Positions 51,923 through 61,101 of a stretch of DNA of 61,307 nt are shown in pieces. The stretch's first letter is position 1. The number at the start of each line of letters is the position of its first letter. Position numbers and translations under genes: made by a program. The notes beneath the pieces were generated by a model. It saw only the letters and a list, made by a program, of their open reading frames with translations, was not told where the DNA came from and ran no database searches. This DNA comes from a virus: the IMG/VR virus record IMGVR_UViG_3300033475_000023, positions 1 through 61,307 of that record; one strand, given 5' to 3'.

Positions 51923-54357
51923 TGGATTTTACCCCACAACCAAAGAAATTCAGATACACACTAAACATACGCGGTGTAGATGAAGAAGTTTTAGAAAACG
52001 CTCCAGATACGTGGTTGAACACATCAATTAAGTTTACCAGGTCACAAACATATAGCGGTTTATTACGTAGCTATACTTTACCATTAAAGTTCACCTATAA
52101 AGCAGCAACCATTTTAAGGAACGAATTTTTTGTAGTAGGTTTTATATCTGTTGTTAAAATATTGATAGAAAAACTAATCTCGATACCTATGGGATGGGAT
52201 TACGCAACCCTGTATGATGGCAAAATAGATTTTTCAGCAGCAGAAACAGAAGATAATGAAACGGAATTTATAGGTGTAGCAGTTAATAATGATTTTTCAA
52301 CAAATGTAGACGCTTACGATAGTATTAAATATGCCATACCAATAAATGTTCCACAGGCTATTAATTTGGAATTAACGCCATTAAAACTAAAAGAAACAGC
52401 AACAATATTACCAGGCAGTCCCCCGGATGGTGTTATACATTCAGACTACTTTCCACCGATTACATTGGTTAATAATCAACAAAATTCAATAAATGCAAGC
52501 GTTCAAAATGTGGATTATAGACAGTTTAGAAACCCAAATTACGCTACTGATGTAAGTTGGTTTTTTAACGCACAGCTTGACACAAAGCTTTATATACAAG
52601 GAACTTTAAATATATTATCTGTAAACACATTTGCAGGTGATAAGGATATAAGGCTTGATATAGTTGACCAAAATGGCAATTCTGTTTATAAAATACTGGA
52701 ATATAATCCAATATCAAACGGCGACATAAAAAAAGATACAGTTAACATAAATACCATTTTAAATATAACAAAAGGGACAAGGTTGTTTTTATATATGAGA
52801 ATAGTGAACCCGGAAGCCGATGGTGTGGGAATGACTATTTCAGGTGGGCAATTAAATTTATCATATCAAACCATAAGCCCATCATCTATGTGTAAAGCTG
52901 TACCGGCTTATTATTTGTTTGAGCAACTATTACAGGCCATGAATGTAAATACAGATAGCGGCCCTAACCTACCAGTACCGAACAGGAGCTTTTTGCTTGA
53001 CCCTGCATTAAACGCACCTTTAAAGAACCTATACATCACATGTTCAGAAAGCATAAGAGCAGCCGTAGGGAGTATTTATCACGCGGGTGATACAATATTT
53101 GATGGTGTTTATAAAGTTCTTTCAGGGACAGCTACATACAATGGCAACAATTATGTAACAGGTACATCATTTACGTTTGCACAGGGTGTTTTTACATTTA
53201 CAGGAGACGGTGTTGTACAAAAGACATCAAGCATCAGCACAGGTAATGTTTATAATCCAGGTGATACATTACAAGCCGGTGGAAGCTATCTTGTAGGTGG
53301 TGATGCGGGTACGTATATAGTTTATAATAGCATAAGACGCAATGTGGGTGATTTCTTTGATTATGTTTTGGGTCAAGATACATTTACAGGCAGTGATGAT
53401 AGTTCTTATGTGTTACAGACAGCAGAAGCACCACAGATGATTATATCTTTCGCAGATTATTACCAGTCAATAAAATCGATACAAGGCGGCGACTGTGCTT
53501 TTGGAGTTGACAATGGAATTGCCTTTATAGAAACATTAAGTAACGTTTATAGAAAAACAGGTGCGCGGGTTAATATGGGCAATGTAAATAACTGGAAGTT
53601 CAAACCGGCTACTGATATGATGGCAAATGCTATTGATATCGGGTATAAAGACCAACAATATTCAGTTATCAACGCTTTTGCTGAGGTAAACTCAACACAA
53701 ACATATACAACAGCACTATTATCACCACAAACTAAGCTAAATTTAGTATCTGTTATACGTGCTGACCCTTATGGAATTGAAGAAATCAGGGTTACACAGC
53801 AAAACACAGCCGCAAGCCGTTCGGATAACGACCTGTTTTTTGTATGGGTTAAAGACGCGCCTGAAGAGACAGAACCAGTAGAATATTATCACCCATTAAC
53901 AACAGAAACATTAACAAGCATAACGGGAGTTGACCCATCATATTATAACTGGTTTTTAAGCCCAAAACAGAATTTATTACGTGGGAGTTCTTATTTGGCA
54001 TCTATATTTTATAACATGAAAGGTTATCAAATCACACTTGCAAACGCGTTGAAAAATAATGCAATGGTGACAATAGATAATAATGGTAGACGAGTAGCAG
54101 AGGCAGACCCAATAAATATATCTTCACTAACAGCGCCGTATTTTATACCAATGTATTGTCAGTTTAACCCAGGCATAGAGGGTTCTGTAGGTGATATGGT
54201 AAACTCCACACCTTACGCAGATATGAAAGCAAATGTTAATGGAGTAGTAGTAAAGTTCTTTATAAGTGAAATAACATTGGATGAAAGTCAAAACAGTCAG
54301 CAGGAATTTAAAACATTATTATCACCAGATAACGACTTAACCAAATTTGTTTATTAG
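51922..54357 (+). CDS. Distal tail / baseplate protein
   Basis: 811 aa; directly follows the tape measure (TAATG junction). Confidence 0.5.
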   Translation: MDFTPQPKKFRYTLNIRGVDEEVLENAPDTWLNTSIKFTRSQTYSGLLRSYTLPLKFTYKAATILRNEFFVVGFISVVKILIEKLISIPMGWDYATLYDGKIDFSAAETEDNETEFIGVAVNNDFSTNVDAYDSIKYAIPINVPQAINLELTPLKLKETATILPGSPPDGVIHSDYFPPITLVNNQQNSINASVQNVDYRQFRNPNYATDVSWFFNAQLDTKLYIQGTLNILSVNTFAGDKDIRLDIVDQNGNSVYKILEYNPISNGDIKKDTVNINTILNITKGTRLFLYMRIVNPEADGVGMTISGGQLNLSYQTISPSSMCKAVPAYYLFEQLLQAMNVNTDSGPNLPVPNRSFLLDPALNAPLKNLYITCSESIRAAVGSIYHAGDTIFDGVYKVLSGTATYNGNNYVTGTSFTFAQGVFTFTGDGVVQKTSSISTGNVYNPGDTLQAGGSYLVGGDAGTYIVYNSIRRNVGDFFDYVLGQDTFTGSDDSSYVLQTAEAPQMIISFADYYQSIKSIQGGDCAFGVDNGIAFIETLSNVYRKTGARVNMGNVNNWKFKPATDMMANAIDIGYKDQQYSVINAFAEVNSTQTYTTALLSPQTKLNLVSVIRADPYGIEEIRVTQQNTAASRSDNDLFFVWVKDAPEETEPVEYYHPLTTETLTSITGVDPSYYNWFLSPKQNLLRGSSYLASIFYNMKGYQITLANALKNNAMVTIDNNGRRVAEADPINISSLTAPYFIPMYCQFNPGIEGSVGDMVNSTPYADMKANVNGVVVKFFISEITLDESQNSQQEFKTLLSPDNDLTKFVY

Positions 54358-54387
54358 ATTTACCAATGGTGGATTAGACCTAATATC

Positions 54388-54425
54388 AAAGGGGTGGACG
54401 ATAAAAAGTTTACCCCTTTTGTTTT
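54388..54425 (+). terminator. Rho-independent terminator
   Basis: aaagggg / ccccttt stem followed by a T-rich tail. Confidence 0.55.
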
Positions 54426-54467
54426 AAAATATTTTGTTACTTTGTAAGGCATTAAAGCGGATAGGTA

Positions 54468-56159
54468 ATGACATTTGAAATTCCTCTACTCAACCCTTTC
54501 AGATTTGTAAATATTAACGCTGTAATTAACCCGCGCTACAATACTCTCCCATTTGATTTGCAAAACGATGTAAATAACCCAAACGGGCCTTACATTCAAA
54601 AATGGCAAACAAACGACACGGCTAAAATCCAAATACTTTCAGATTATACTCCGGGTGAAGGGGAAGGACAAAATAACCTTTCTTTAGATTTTTATAAATG
54701 CACAGGAGAGTTTTATTTAAACGTACCGTTAAACCCAATAGCACTAACAATTACAGGTGAAACATTTACAGCATACGAAGCAGAGGTTGATTTTGGGGAC
54801 TTTGACCCGGGTCTATATGTCGGAGAGATTAGCTACGTGGATGAAAACGAAAATGAACAGATTTGGCAAACGTCAAAAATGGATGTTCAGGTTTTACATA
54901 ACAAAACGCAATTGATAGAATATTGTAATTCGGTTAATGATAAAGCAGTTGTTTTTGATACGGGCATAGTTTTTAATTTTAGAATAGAAAGCATCATAAG
55001 GGAATATACGCCTAAATCATTATCGCAAGATTACATTGACCAAGAATACAACAATTATTCATTAAATGATATTCCATACAGGACGTTTAAATACTACATA
55101 GGCACAGCAGCCGGGTTGCCGGGGTGGGTTATTGATAAAATGAATTTAATTTTTTCATTAAACACCATACAAATAGACGGCACATATTACAATAAAGTTT
55201 CAGGGCAGGAATTTGAATTAACCAGGCCAAGCGGCGCGGTTAATGATGACGGGTTTATGTCCATAGACATCATACCAACAAATAATTTTAATTTAAGTAA
55301 ATTTGACACAAGCAATTTACCAACAGGAGATTACAAGGTGATTAGAGACGATATACATTATCCCAACAATTCAGCCGACATTGTGATTGCCGGTAAATTT
55401 AAAACCTACACAAACCTTGTAGGTATTTATATTATCAATAACAACCTTGAATTAGGGCCTTTTGATGTTACTGTAGGTACTACAGGTGCGGGTTCACAGG
55501 ACATCACAAAAATACATGTTCCCGCAACAGAAACAAGTGTACATTTTATAAATAAATACTTCAAAACAGCCAAGACAGTTTATTTAAGTGGACTTGCCGG
55601 TTCAAGTTGTGATATATACATCATATTTGACCAATTGGATGCTTCTGTAATAAGTACACCACCAACAGAAAGTAAAATACCAATTGGAACACTATGTTGG
55701 TATTATGAAGTTAACCCAGGCGATTTTGAATTAGACTGGAACATAGCAGACGGAACTGGATTACGAGATTACGCCGGTTGTGTTCTTGTGGGTACAAATG
55801 ATATAGGCGATGGTTCAGCAGAAGGTATCCCAAATTTAGTGGGTAAATCACTTGAAGTGTGGGATAGGGCGCAACCAACTGAAAGGCAAACAGAAACAGG
55901 GTCAGATGAAATATCGTTGACCAAAAGCAATATGCCGAATGATTTAATACCAATATTAAAGGGAGCACCAGGCCCAAAACCTGCATTCGGTAGTGGTGTA
56001 GCGGGTATTTGGGTGACTTATGACCCAAGTCCTATTGTAAACCCAAACAAAAATATAGGAACACCAATACAACTTGACCCATTAAATACAGACCCACAAG
56101 TACCAATTCAAAATAAACCACCGCGTGTAAGATTAGCGGCATACGTTAGAGTAGCATAA
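54468..56159 (+). CDS. Tail fibre protein with a tail-collar-like C-terminal region
   Basis: 'GIPNLVGKSLEVWD...GSDEISLTKSNMPND' resembles the phage tail-collar motif. Confidence 0.45.
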   Translation: MTFEIPLLNPFRFVNINAVINPRYNTLPFDLQNDVNNPNGPYIQKWQTNDTAKIQILSDYTPGEGEGQNNLSLDFYKCTGEFYLNVPLNPIALTITGETFTAYEAEVDFGDFDPGLYVGEISYVDENENEQIWQTSKMDVQVLHNKTQLIEYCNSVNDKAVVFDTGIVFNFRIESIIREYTPKSLSQDYIDQEYNNYSLNDIPYRTFKYYIGTAAGLPGWVIDKMNLIFSLNTIQIDGTYYNKVSGQEFELTRPSGAVNDDGFMSIDIIPTNNFNLSKFDTSNLPTGDYKVIRDDIHYPNNSADIVIAGKFKTYTNLVGIYIINNNLELGPFDVTVGTTGAGSQDITKIHVPATETSVHFINKYFKTAKTVYLSGLAGSSCDIYIIFDQLDASVISTPPTESKIPIGTLCWYYEVNPGDFELDWNIADGTGLRDYAGCVLVGTNDIGDGSAEGIPNLVGKSLEVWDRAQPTERQTETGSDEISLTKSNMPNDLIPILKGAPGPKPAFGSGVAGIWVTYDPSPIVNPNKNIGTPIQLDPLNTDPQVPIQNKPPRVRLAAYVRVA

Positions 56160-56160
56160 A

Positions 56161-56625
56161 ATGGCAAATAAACATAACATATACATAGACGGTATTTACT
56201 CCAATGAAAATGGAGATGGCAACGTTGAAAACATTTCTATTGGAGACATATTAGAATATGTATATGCTTATACATACGATGATTTAACTGACAATTCAGC
56301 AATACCACGGCGCGTCTTAGATGAAAAGTTGGAAGCTTTTGTACAACAGCCACCGCTACAAATAGCACTACCATCAGGGTCGGCATTACCTTATAATCTT
56401 GATTTAACTGAAACGGTCTACGCGGTTGGGTTTATACTCAAAGTGGAATTAAGTTTAACAGCTTCAAAAAGTAGAATTATATACGATGTTGTTGTTGAAG
56501 AAAACTTTAATACAGATACCGGGCTAATAGATAGTATTGATATTTACGGGCACGATAGCGGGGACGGCGTAACAACGCAAGATGATTTAATAATTACTTT
56601 AGTACCAACACCACCATCAATATAA
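56161..56625 (+). CDS. Hypothetical tail-associated protein
   Basis: Position. Confidence 0.45.
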   Translation: MANKHNIYIDGIYSNENGDGNVENISIGDILEYVYAYTYDDLTDNSAIPRRVLDEKLEAFVQQPPLQIALPSGSALPYNLDLTETVYAVGFILKVELSLTASKSRIIYDVVVEENFNTDTGLIDSIDIYGHDSGDGVTTQDDLIITLVPTPPSI

Positions 56626-56627
56626 TT

Positions 56628-59576
56628 ATGAAAAAACTAAATATATTCTTTTTAAGTATATGCCTGTTAATTGGGCATTTTGCTTTTGGGCAAACATCAC
56701 CAGTGACCCCCGCATTTAGGGCAAACACAACACAGCATCCCCATTATGACCCTTTAATTTATAATTACCCAGGTAAAATAGGGGGCCCAGATAGTATTTA
56801 TACAAAAAGATACATTGATAGTGTATTTTCCAACATAGGGGAAATATTCATACCCACAAATGGAAATCAACTTATAGGATCTAATAGCATAGGGCAAGGT
56901 GGGCAATTCACACAGGAAACAGATTTTGATTTAAACGGACAGTTGATTACCTATACAGACATACTCAATGCGCTTTCATTTGGTCAAGGACATTTTTATT
57001 ACCGTGCATCCGGTAATATTAATGCGGGTGGTATACATATTGATACTCTTTCATCTTATTTATATGGCGCAGGTAGTCTTAATAGTGGGCAAGTAATAGC
57101 CGATACGACAGGTTCAGCGCTTGAAGCTTCAAAATCAGGCCCAGGAACACCACCTCATTATGATTTAAAGCTTGATATTGTTAATCAAATAGCAAGGTTT
57201 ACAGATGCGGTTAATTATAGGGGGATAGATTATAATGCGGATTATATACCCGGCATCCATACATTGTTAGATAAGCACATGGGGGATAGTCTGTATATGT
57301 CTCAAACAGGATCAGTTACTTTAACAGGTAATACCACTATTGACCCTTCTGGTGGTTTAGGCGCACCGGGATTAAGATTTAATCATGGTTCTTATATAGA
57401 TTTTTACGATAATACAAATACAACATTTACAAGATTTGCACAACAAAATGGCGAGATGTGGTTAATAAATTCGGGCTCTCCACCTAATATTCCAGTTATC
57501 AAAGATGGCCAATTATATAACCGAGACAGTGGTGGTATTGAAAAGCCATACGCTTTACAATCAGCAGTAGATAGTGTATATACAAATGAAAGAGATGTTT
57601 TTTTAATTATAGGTCAATCAAATGCCGCGGGCGTAGCTGTAACAGATAGTAGCGAAAGGTCTATTAGTGGGAATATTTATTATTATGGGGGGAATGTTTA
57701 TCCCGCAAATGATCCGTTTTTGGGAACGGGCGAAAACAATTATCAAGGCAGTATGTGGCCTTCTTTTGGAAATAGATACACAACATTAAATAGTAGGAAA
57801 ATATGTTTTGTACAGGCTTCTAAAGGTGGTTCTGCAATGATACCAGGTAATGATGTATTGGGACGTGGATATTGGGCAAATGCAACAGGTGGTGCGGGTT
57901 CTCTATATCCACAAGCAGCTACAGCACTACAACACTGTTTGGATAGCTTAGGTATATTGGGTTATAAGCCAGTGTTAAAAGGTATTTTAATATCACAAGG
58001 TGAAGCAGATGCACTTTATATAGGTAATGGAACTGTAACAGCGAATGCTTATCGTGATACATTAATATCTGTACACAAAAGATTTCAAAAGCAATTCTAT
58101 GCCTATAATCAAAACCTACCAATGTTTGTTTTTAGGACTGGAATACACAACCCATTACCAGACTATTTGAATTATGTTAGAGCACCGCAAGAAGATGCAG
58201 CCAGGCACGATAGTTTACTTTTTGTGGTTGCTCGCAATGCAATTACATTTGGTTACAGACATTTAATGAACCCTGATACTACATTAAACCATTTACATTA
58301 TAGCCCGGCAGGATATAGGGAAATGGGACGTACAGGTGCCGAAGATGTGGTGTTAAATTCAAAAACGATTAATCCGGTCGTAAGGCAGTATTTAAATACA
58401 GGATTTGGCGGCATAACAGAACCAACAGCATTTTTAAGCACTCAAAAATCAAATGATACCACGGCATCAATTAATATACCAATAGGGGTTATACCTGCTA
58501 CAAGAGTTTATGAAGGCGATATTTATAATAGTTCATCACACCATCTAAATGTATATTTAAACGGAACGTGGAGACAATTGGATAATGCACCTATAGCAGC
58601 AATAGCAAACGGCGGGACAAACAATACAACATATACCACAAATTCAATCCCATATTTTGATGGTACAAAACTGGCTGAGGATAATCTAAATTTTTATTAT
58701 AAAGCATCAAACAGACAATTAAACGTAGGTACAACGTTAACACCAGGTTCTTTAACATTAACAGGTAAACTCACCACAACCAATACTATAATAAGCTCTA
58801 CGGGTGATATTTCGCGTAATGCGTGGGGAACAGCAGGCCCAAGTTTTTTAATAGGACAAAGGAACGTAACAGATACTACAACAACAAACGGTTCAACGGT
58901 AACAAATACCGTTATGAATGCTTTTAACACGCCAACGTTACAGGCTACCTTAGCAACAACAGGCATAACCTACACAAACGTAGCCAATGTTTATATACAG
59001 GCCGCGCCGGTAGCCGGTACAAATGTTACTATAACAAATCCTTACGCCTTATGGGTAGGGGGTGGAAATGTTCGTTTTGGGCAATATGCGGCGGGATTAG
59101 CCCATTTCAATTCTACTGGTGTATTTAGTTCATCAACATTGGCAACAGGTGATATTGCTAATAATGCGGTTACTTATGGGAAAATGCAAGCCATGACCAC
59201 CAATAAATTATTAGGTAGTGGTTCTGGAACAGCAGTTAGTGAAATTACACTAGGAACAGGCTTTTCGTTTTCTACATCAACACTAAACTATACAGCACCT
59301 AATCGCTCGCACACTATATTCGCACCAACTACAGGGGGGACAGTAACAACAGTTAACAACCAAGATAATATAATTAATCCCGCAGGAACATTAGCAACGT
59401 TAACGATAGCATTACCTTCATCCCCTGCGAATAATGACAAGGTATATCTTACTTTTACCCAAGCTATAACTGCAATTACATATTCAAATGGAACAGTTGT
59501 TGGTGTACCGTTATCTGCAACATTAGGCAGCCAATGGTTCTTAACTTATGATAGTGCATCAACTACATGGTATTAA
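56628..59576 (+). CDS. Large fibre/spike-like protein with an internal SASA/DUF303-type carbohydrate O-acetylesterase domain and an N-terminal signal-peptide-like segment
   Basis: 'VFLIIGQSNAAGV' (GQSN motif) and 'ILISQGEADAL' (QGExD); N-terminus 'MKKLNIFFLSICLLIGHFAFGQ'. Confidence 0.6.
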   Translation: MKKLNIFFLSICLLIGHFAFGQTSPVTPAFRANTTQHPHYDPLIYNYPGKIGGPDSIYTKRYIDSVFSNIGEIFIPTNGNQLIGSNSIGQGGQFTQETDFDLNGQLITYTDILNALSFGQGHFYYRASGNINAGGIHIDTLSSYLYGAGSLNSGQVIADTTGSALEASKSGPGTPPHYDLKLDIVNQIARFTDAVNYRGIDYNADYIPGIHTLLDKHMGDSLYMSQTGSVTLTGNTTIDPSGGLGAPGLRFNHGSYIDFYDNTNTTFTRFAQQNGEMWLINSGSPPNIPVIKDGQLYNRDSGGIEKPYALQSAVDSVYTNERDVFLIIGQSNAAGVAVTDSSERSISGNIYYYGGNVYPANDPFLGTGENNYQGSMWPSFGNRYTTLNSRKICFVQASKGGSAMIPGNDVLGRGYWANATGGAGSLYPQAATALQHCLDSLGILGYKPVLKGILISQGEADALYIGNGTVTANAYRDTLISVHKRFQKQFYAYNQNLPMFVFRTGIHNPLPDYLNYVRAPQEDAARHDSLLFVVARNAITFGYRHLMNPDTTLNHLHYSPAGYREMGRTGAEDVVLNSKTINPVVRQYLNTGFGGITEPTAFLSTQKSNDTTASINIPIGVIPATRVYEGDIYNSSSHHLNVYLNGTWRQLDNAPIAAIANGGTNNTTYTTNSIPYFDGTKLAEDNLNFYYKASNRQLNVGTTLTPGSLTLTGKLTTTNTIISSTGDISRNAWGTAGPSFLIGQRNVTDTTTTNGSTVTNTVMNAFNTPTLQATLATTGITYTNVANVYIQAAPVAGTNVTITNPYALWVGGGNVRFGQYAAGLAHFNSTGVFSSSTLATGDIANNAVTYGKMQAMTTNKLLGSGSGTAVSEITLGTGFSFSTSTLNYTAPNRSHTIFAPTTGGTVTTVNNQDNIINPAGTLATLTIALPSSPANNDKVYLTFTQAITAITYSNGTVVGVPLSATLGSQWFLTYDSASTTWY

Positions 59577-59592
59577 ATAATAAATTAAAACA

Positions 59593-59796
59593 ATGACAAA
59601 AAACGAAAAAAAGTTAAGGGAAGATTTCAACGCCCTTACGGAAGAACAGAAAACAAACGTATTCATTAACTATGTAAAGATGAAAGAAAACACATTTTTA
59701 AAGGAAGGTTCTGGTGGTGGAACATGTAATGGATGCCCAGGCCATTCAGGGCAATGCGGTGTTTGTATATGCAATACATTCGTGCCATGCGGTTAA
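59593..59796 (+). CDS. 67-aa peptide with a Gly-Gly-containing leader and a 7-Cys C-terminal core
   Basis: '...FLKEGSGGGTCNGCPGHSGQCGVCICNTFVPCG'. Confidence 0.5.
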   Translation: MTKNEKKLREDFNALTEEQKTNVFINYVKMKENTFLKEGSGGGTCNGCPGHSGQCGVCICNTFVPCG

Positions 59797-60155
59797 CGGT
59801 TATATTAATAGGGATAGTTTTTACTATCCTTTTTTTATATTTCTCAGATTTGATGCAACAAACAAATTCAGACCCAATGTATTTTATAAAGGTTGATAAT
59901 AGCAGAATTGCAACAGTGAGCGCGTTTGCCTCAATTATTTTAATATTGTATGGTACAAAAAGTAAAAGGATTGAATTTTTTGTATTGGCTGCATATTTGT
60001 TGCTATACGGTATCAGTTGCTTATATCCATTTTCGCCAACAGAAAACCACATTATTTTTTATAATGCAGTAAGGGGATTACGGTTTTATGTTTTAGGGTT
60101 GATATTAATGTATATTTGTTTAGAAAAATTATGGCAAAGAATATTCGGTTCATAG
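59787..60155 (+). CDS. 4-TM membrane protein, translationally coupled to the Cys-rich peptide (start adjusted from 59733)
   Basis: ATG 59787 overlaps the peptide stop by 10 nt; 'LTVILIGIVFTILFLYF', 'VSAFASIILILYG', 'FFVLAAYLLLYGISCLY', 'FYVLGLILMYICL'. Confidence 0.5.
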   Translation: MRLTVILIGIVFTILFLYFSDLMQQTNSDPMYFIKVDNSRIATVSAFASIILILYGTKSKRIEFFVLAAYLLLYGISCLYPFSPTENHIIFYNAVRGLRFYVLGLILMYICLEKLWQRIFGS

Positions 60156-60778
60156 CAATAAGCGCATATCTAACATTGTTAATGATATCATGCGGAAATG
60201 GTGATAAATATATGACCAAAATTGACTTTTACAATTATGTAAGGACACATAGGCCGGTAGTACCACCACCTATTTATAAATATACTGTTAAGCATGATAC
60301 TGTTAGGGTGGATACTAAACACATGACGACAGAACAATATAAACAATATCTTGAACAGGTATATAAAGCGGGTATTGATAGTTTAATTTCACCACAATTT
60401 AAAAGTATAGCGAAAAGCAACCAAGTTGTAACATCTTTAATAAAGAGAATGTTCAACCAAGATGTAGAATTACGCAAGCGCACAAGGAAATATAAGGACA
60501 GTATAGCCAACAAAAACGACAGCACTGAAGTAGTAGCTAAAAGGCGTATAGACAGCGCGACAAAGGTTGCAAATGACAGGCAGACAGAAATTTTAAAACT
60601 TAATCAACAGGCAGCCAAAGACAATGCAGCTACAGCAGAGGTTTCTTGGGATATAGTTAAAATATTATTAGCCCTTACAGTAGTTATTATTGCTACCTTA
60701 ATCATAGTTTACAGGAGAGTTAGTAAATTAGGTAAAAAGGTAGAAGCCCTTGAAAAAACACTTCTCACAAATGAATGA
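60131..60778 (+). CDS. Lipoprotein with a C-terminal TM anchor (unimolecular-spanin-like architecture)
   Basis: 'MAKNIRFIAISAYLTLLMISCGNG' (lipobox-like) and the C-terminal 'ILLALTVVIIATLIIVY'. Confidence 0.45.
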   Translation: MAKNIRFIAISAYLTLLMISCGNGDKYMTKIDFYNYVRTHRPVVPPPIYKYTVKHDTVRVDTKHMTTEQYKQYLEQVYKAGIDSLISPQFKSIAKSNQVVTSLIKRMFNQDVELRKRTRKYKDSIANKNDSTEVVAKRRIDSATKVANDRQTEILKLNQQAAKDNAATAEVSWDIVKILLALTVVIIATLIIVYRRVSKLGKKVEALEKTLLTNE

Positions 60779-61083
60779 ACCTAAACATTACACCCAAAAA
60801 AGACATAGAGCAGAAAGCCGGTTCGCTTCAAAAGATACTTGCAAGTATATTGGGGAGTACTGTTTTGGCCCTATGGATTTCATATTTTGATTGGTTTGTA
60901 GGTATTTTTAAAGTAGAACCAAAGATATTAGATTACCTACGCATAGGAATAGCGTGTTTTGGGTTAATAACAACCTGTTTTATAGGCATACAAAGTATAG
61001 TATGGCTCGTGGGCAGGTTGATTGAGTTTAAACAGAATTACCAAGAACTTATAGAACTAAAAAAAGAAAAAGATGAAAAATAA
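60775..61083 (+). CDS. 2-TM membrane protein with a charged C-terminus (holin-like)
   Basis: 'ILASILGSTVLALWISYF', 'IGIACFGLITTCFIGIQSIVWLV', tail 'ELKKEKDEK'. Confidence 0.45.
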   Translation: MNLNITPKKDIEQKAGSLQKILASILGSTVLALWISYFDWFVGIFKVEPKILDYLRIGIACFGLITTCFIGIQSIVWLVGRLIEFKQNYQELIELKKEKDEK

Positions 61084-61101
61084 TTAAAACAAGAAAAACT
61101 T

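Noticed and set aside
59666-60052. Minus-strand 128-aa ORF, and the + strand 59714..59896 ORF, overlapping the Cys-peptide and membrane-protein genes
   Set aside because: The + strand pair 59593..59796 and 59787..60155 explains the region with translational coupling and coherent TM topology. The alternatives have no start context or motifs.
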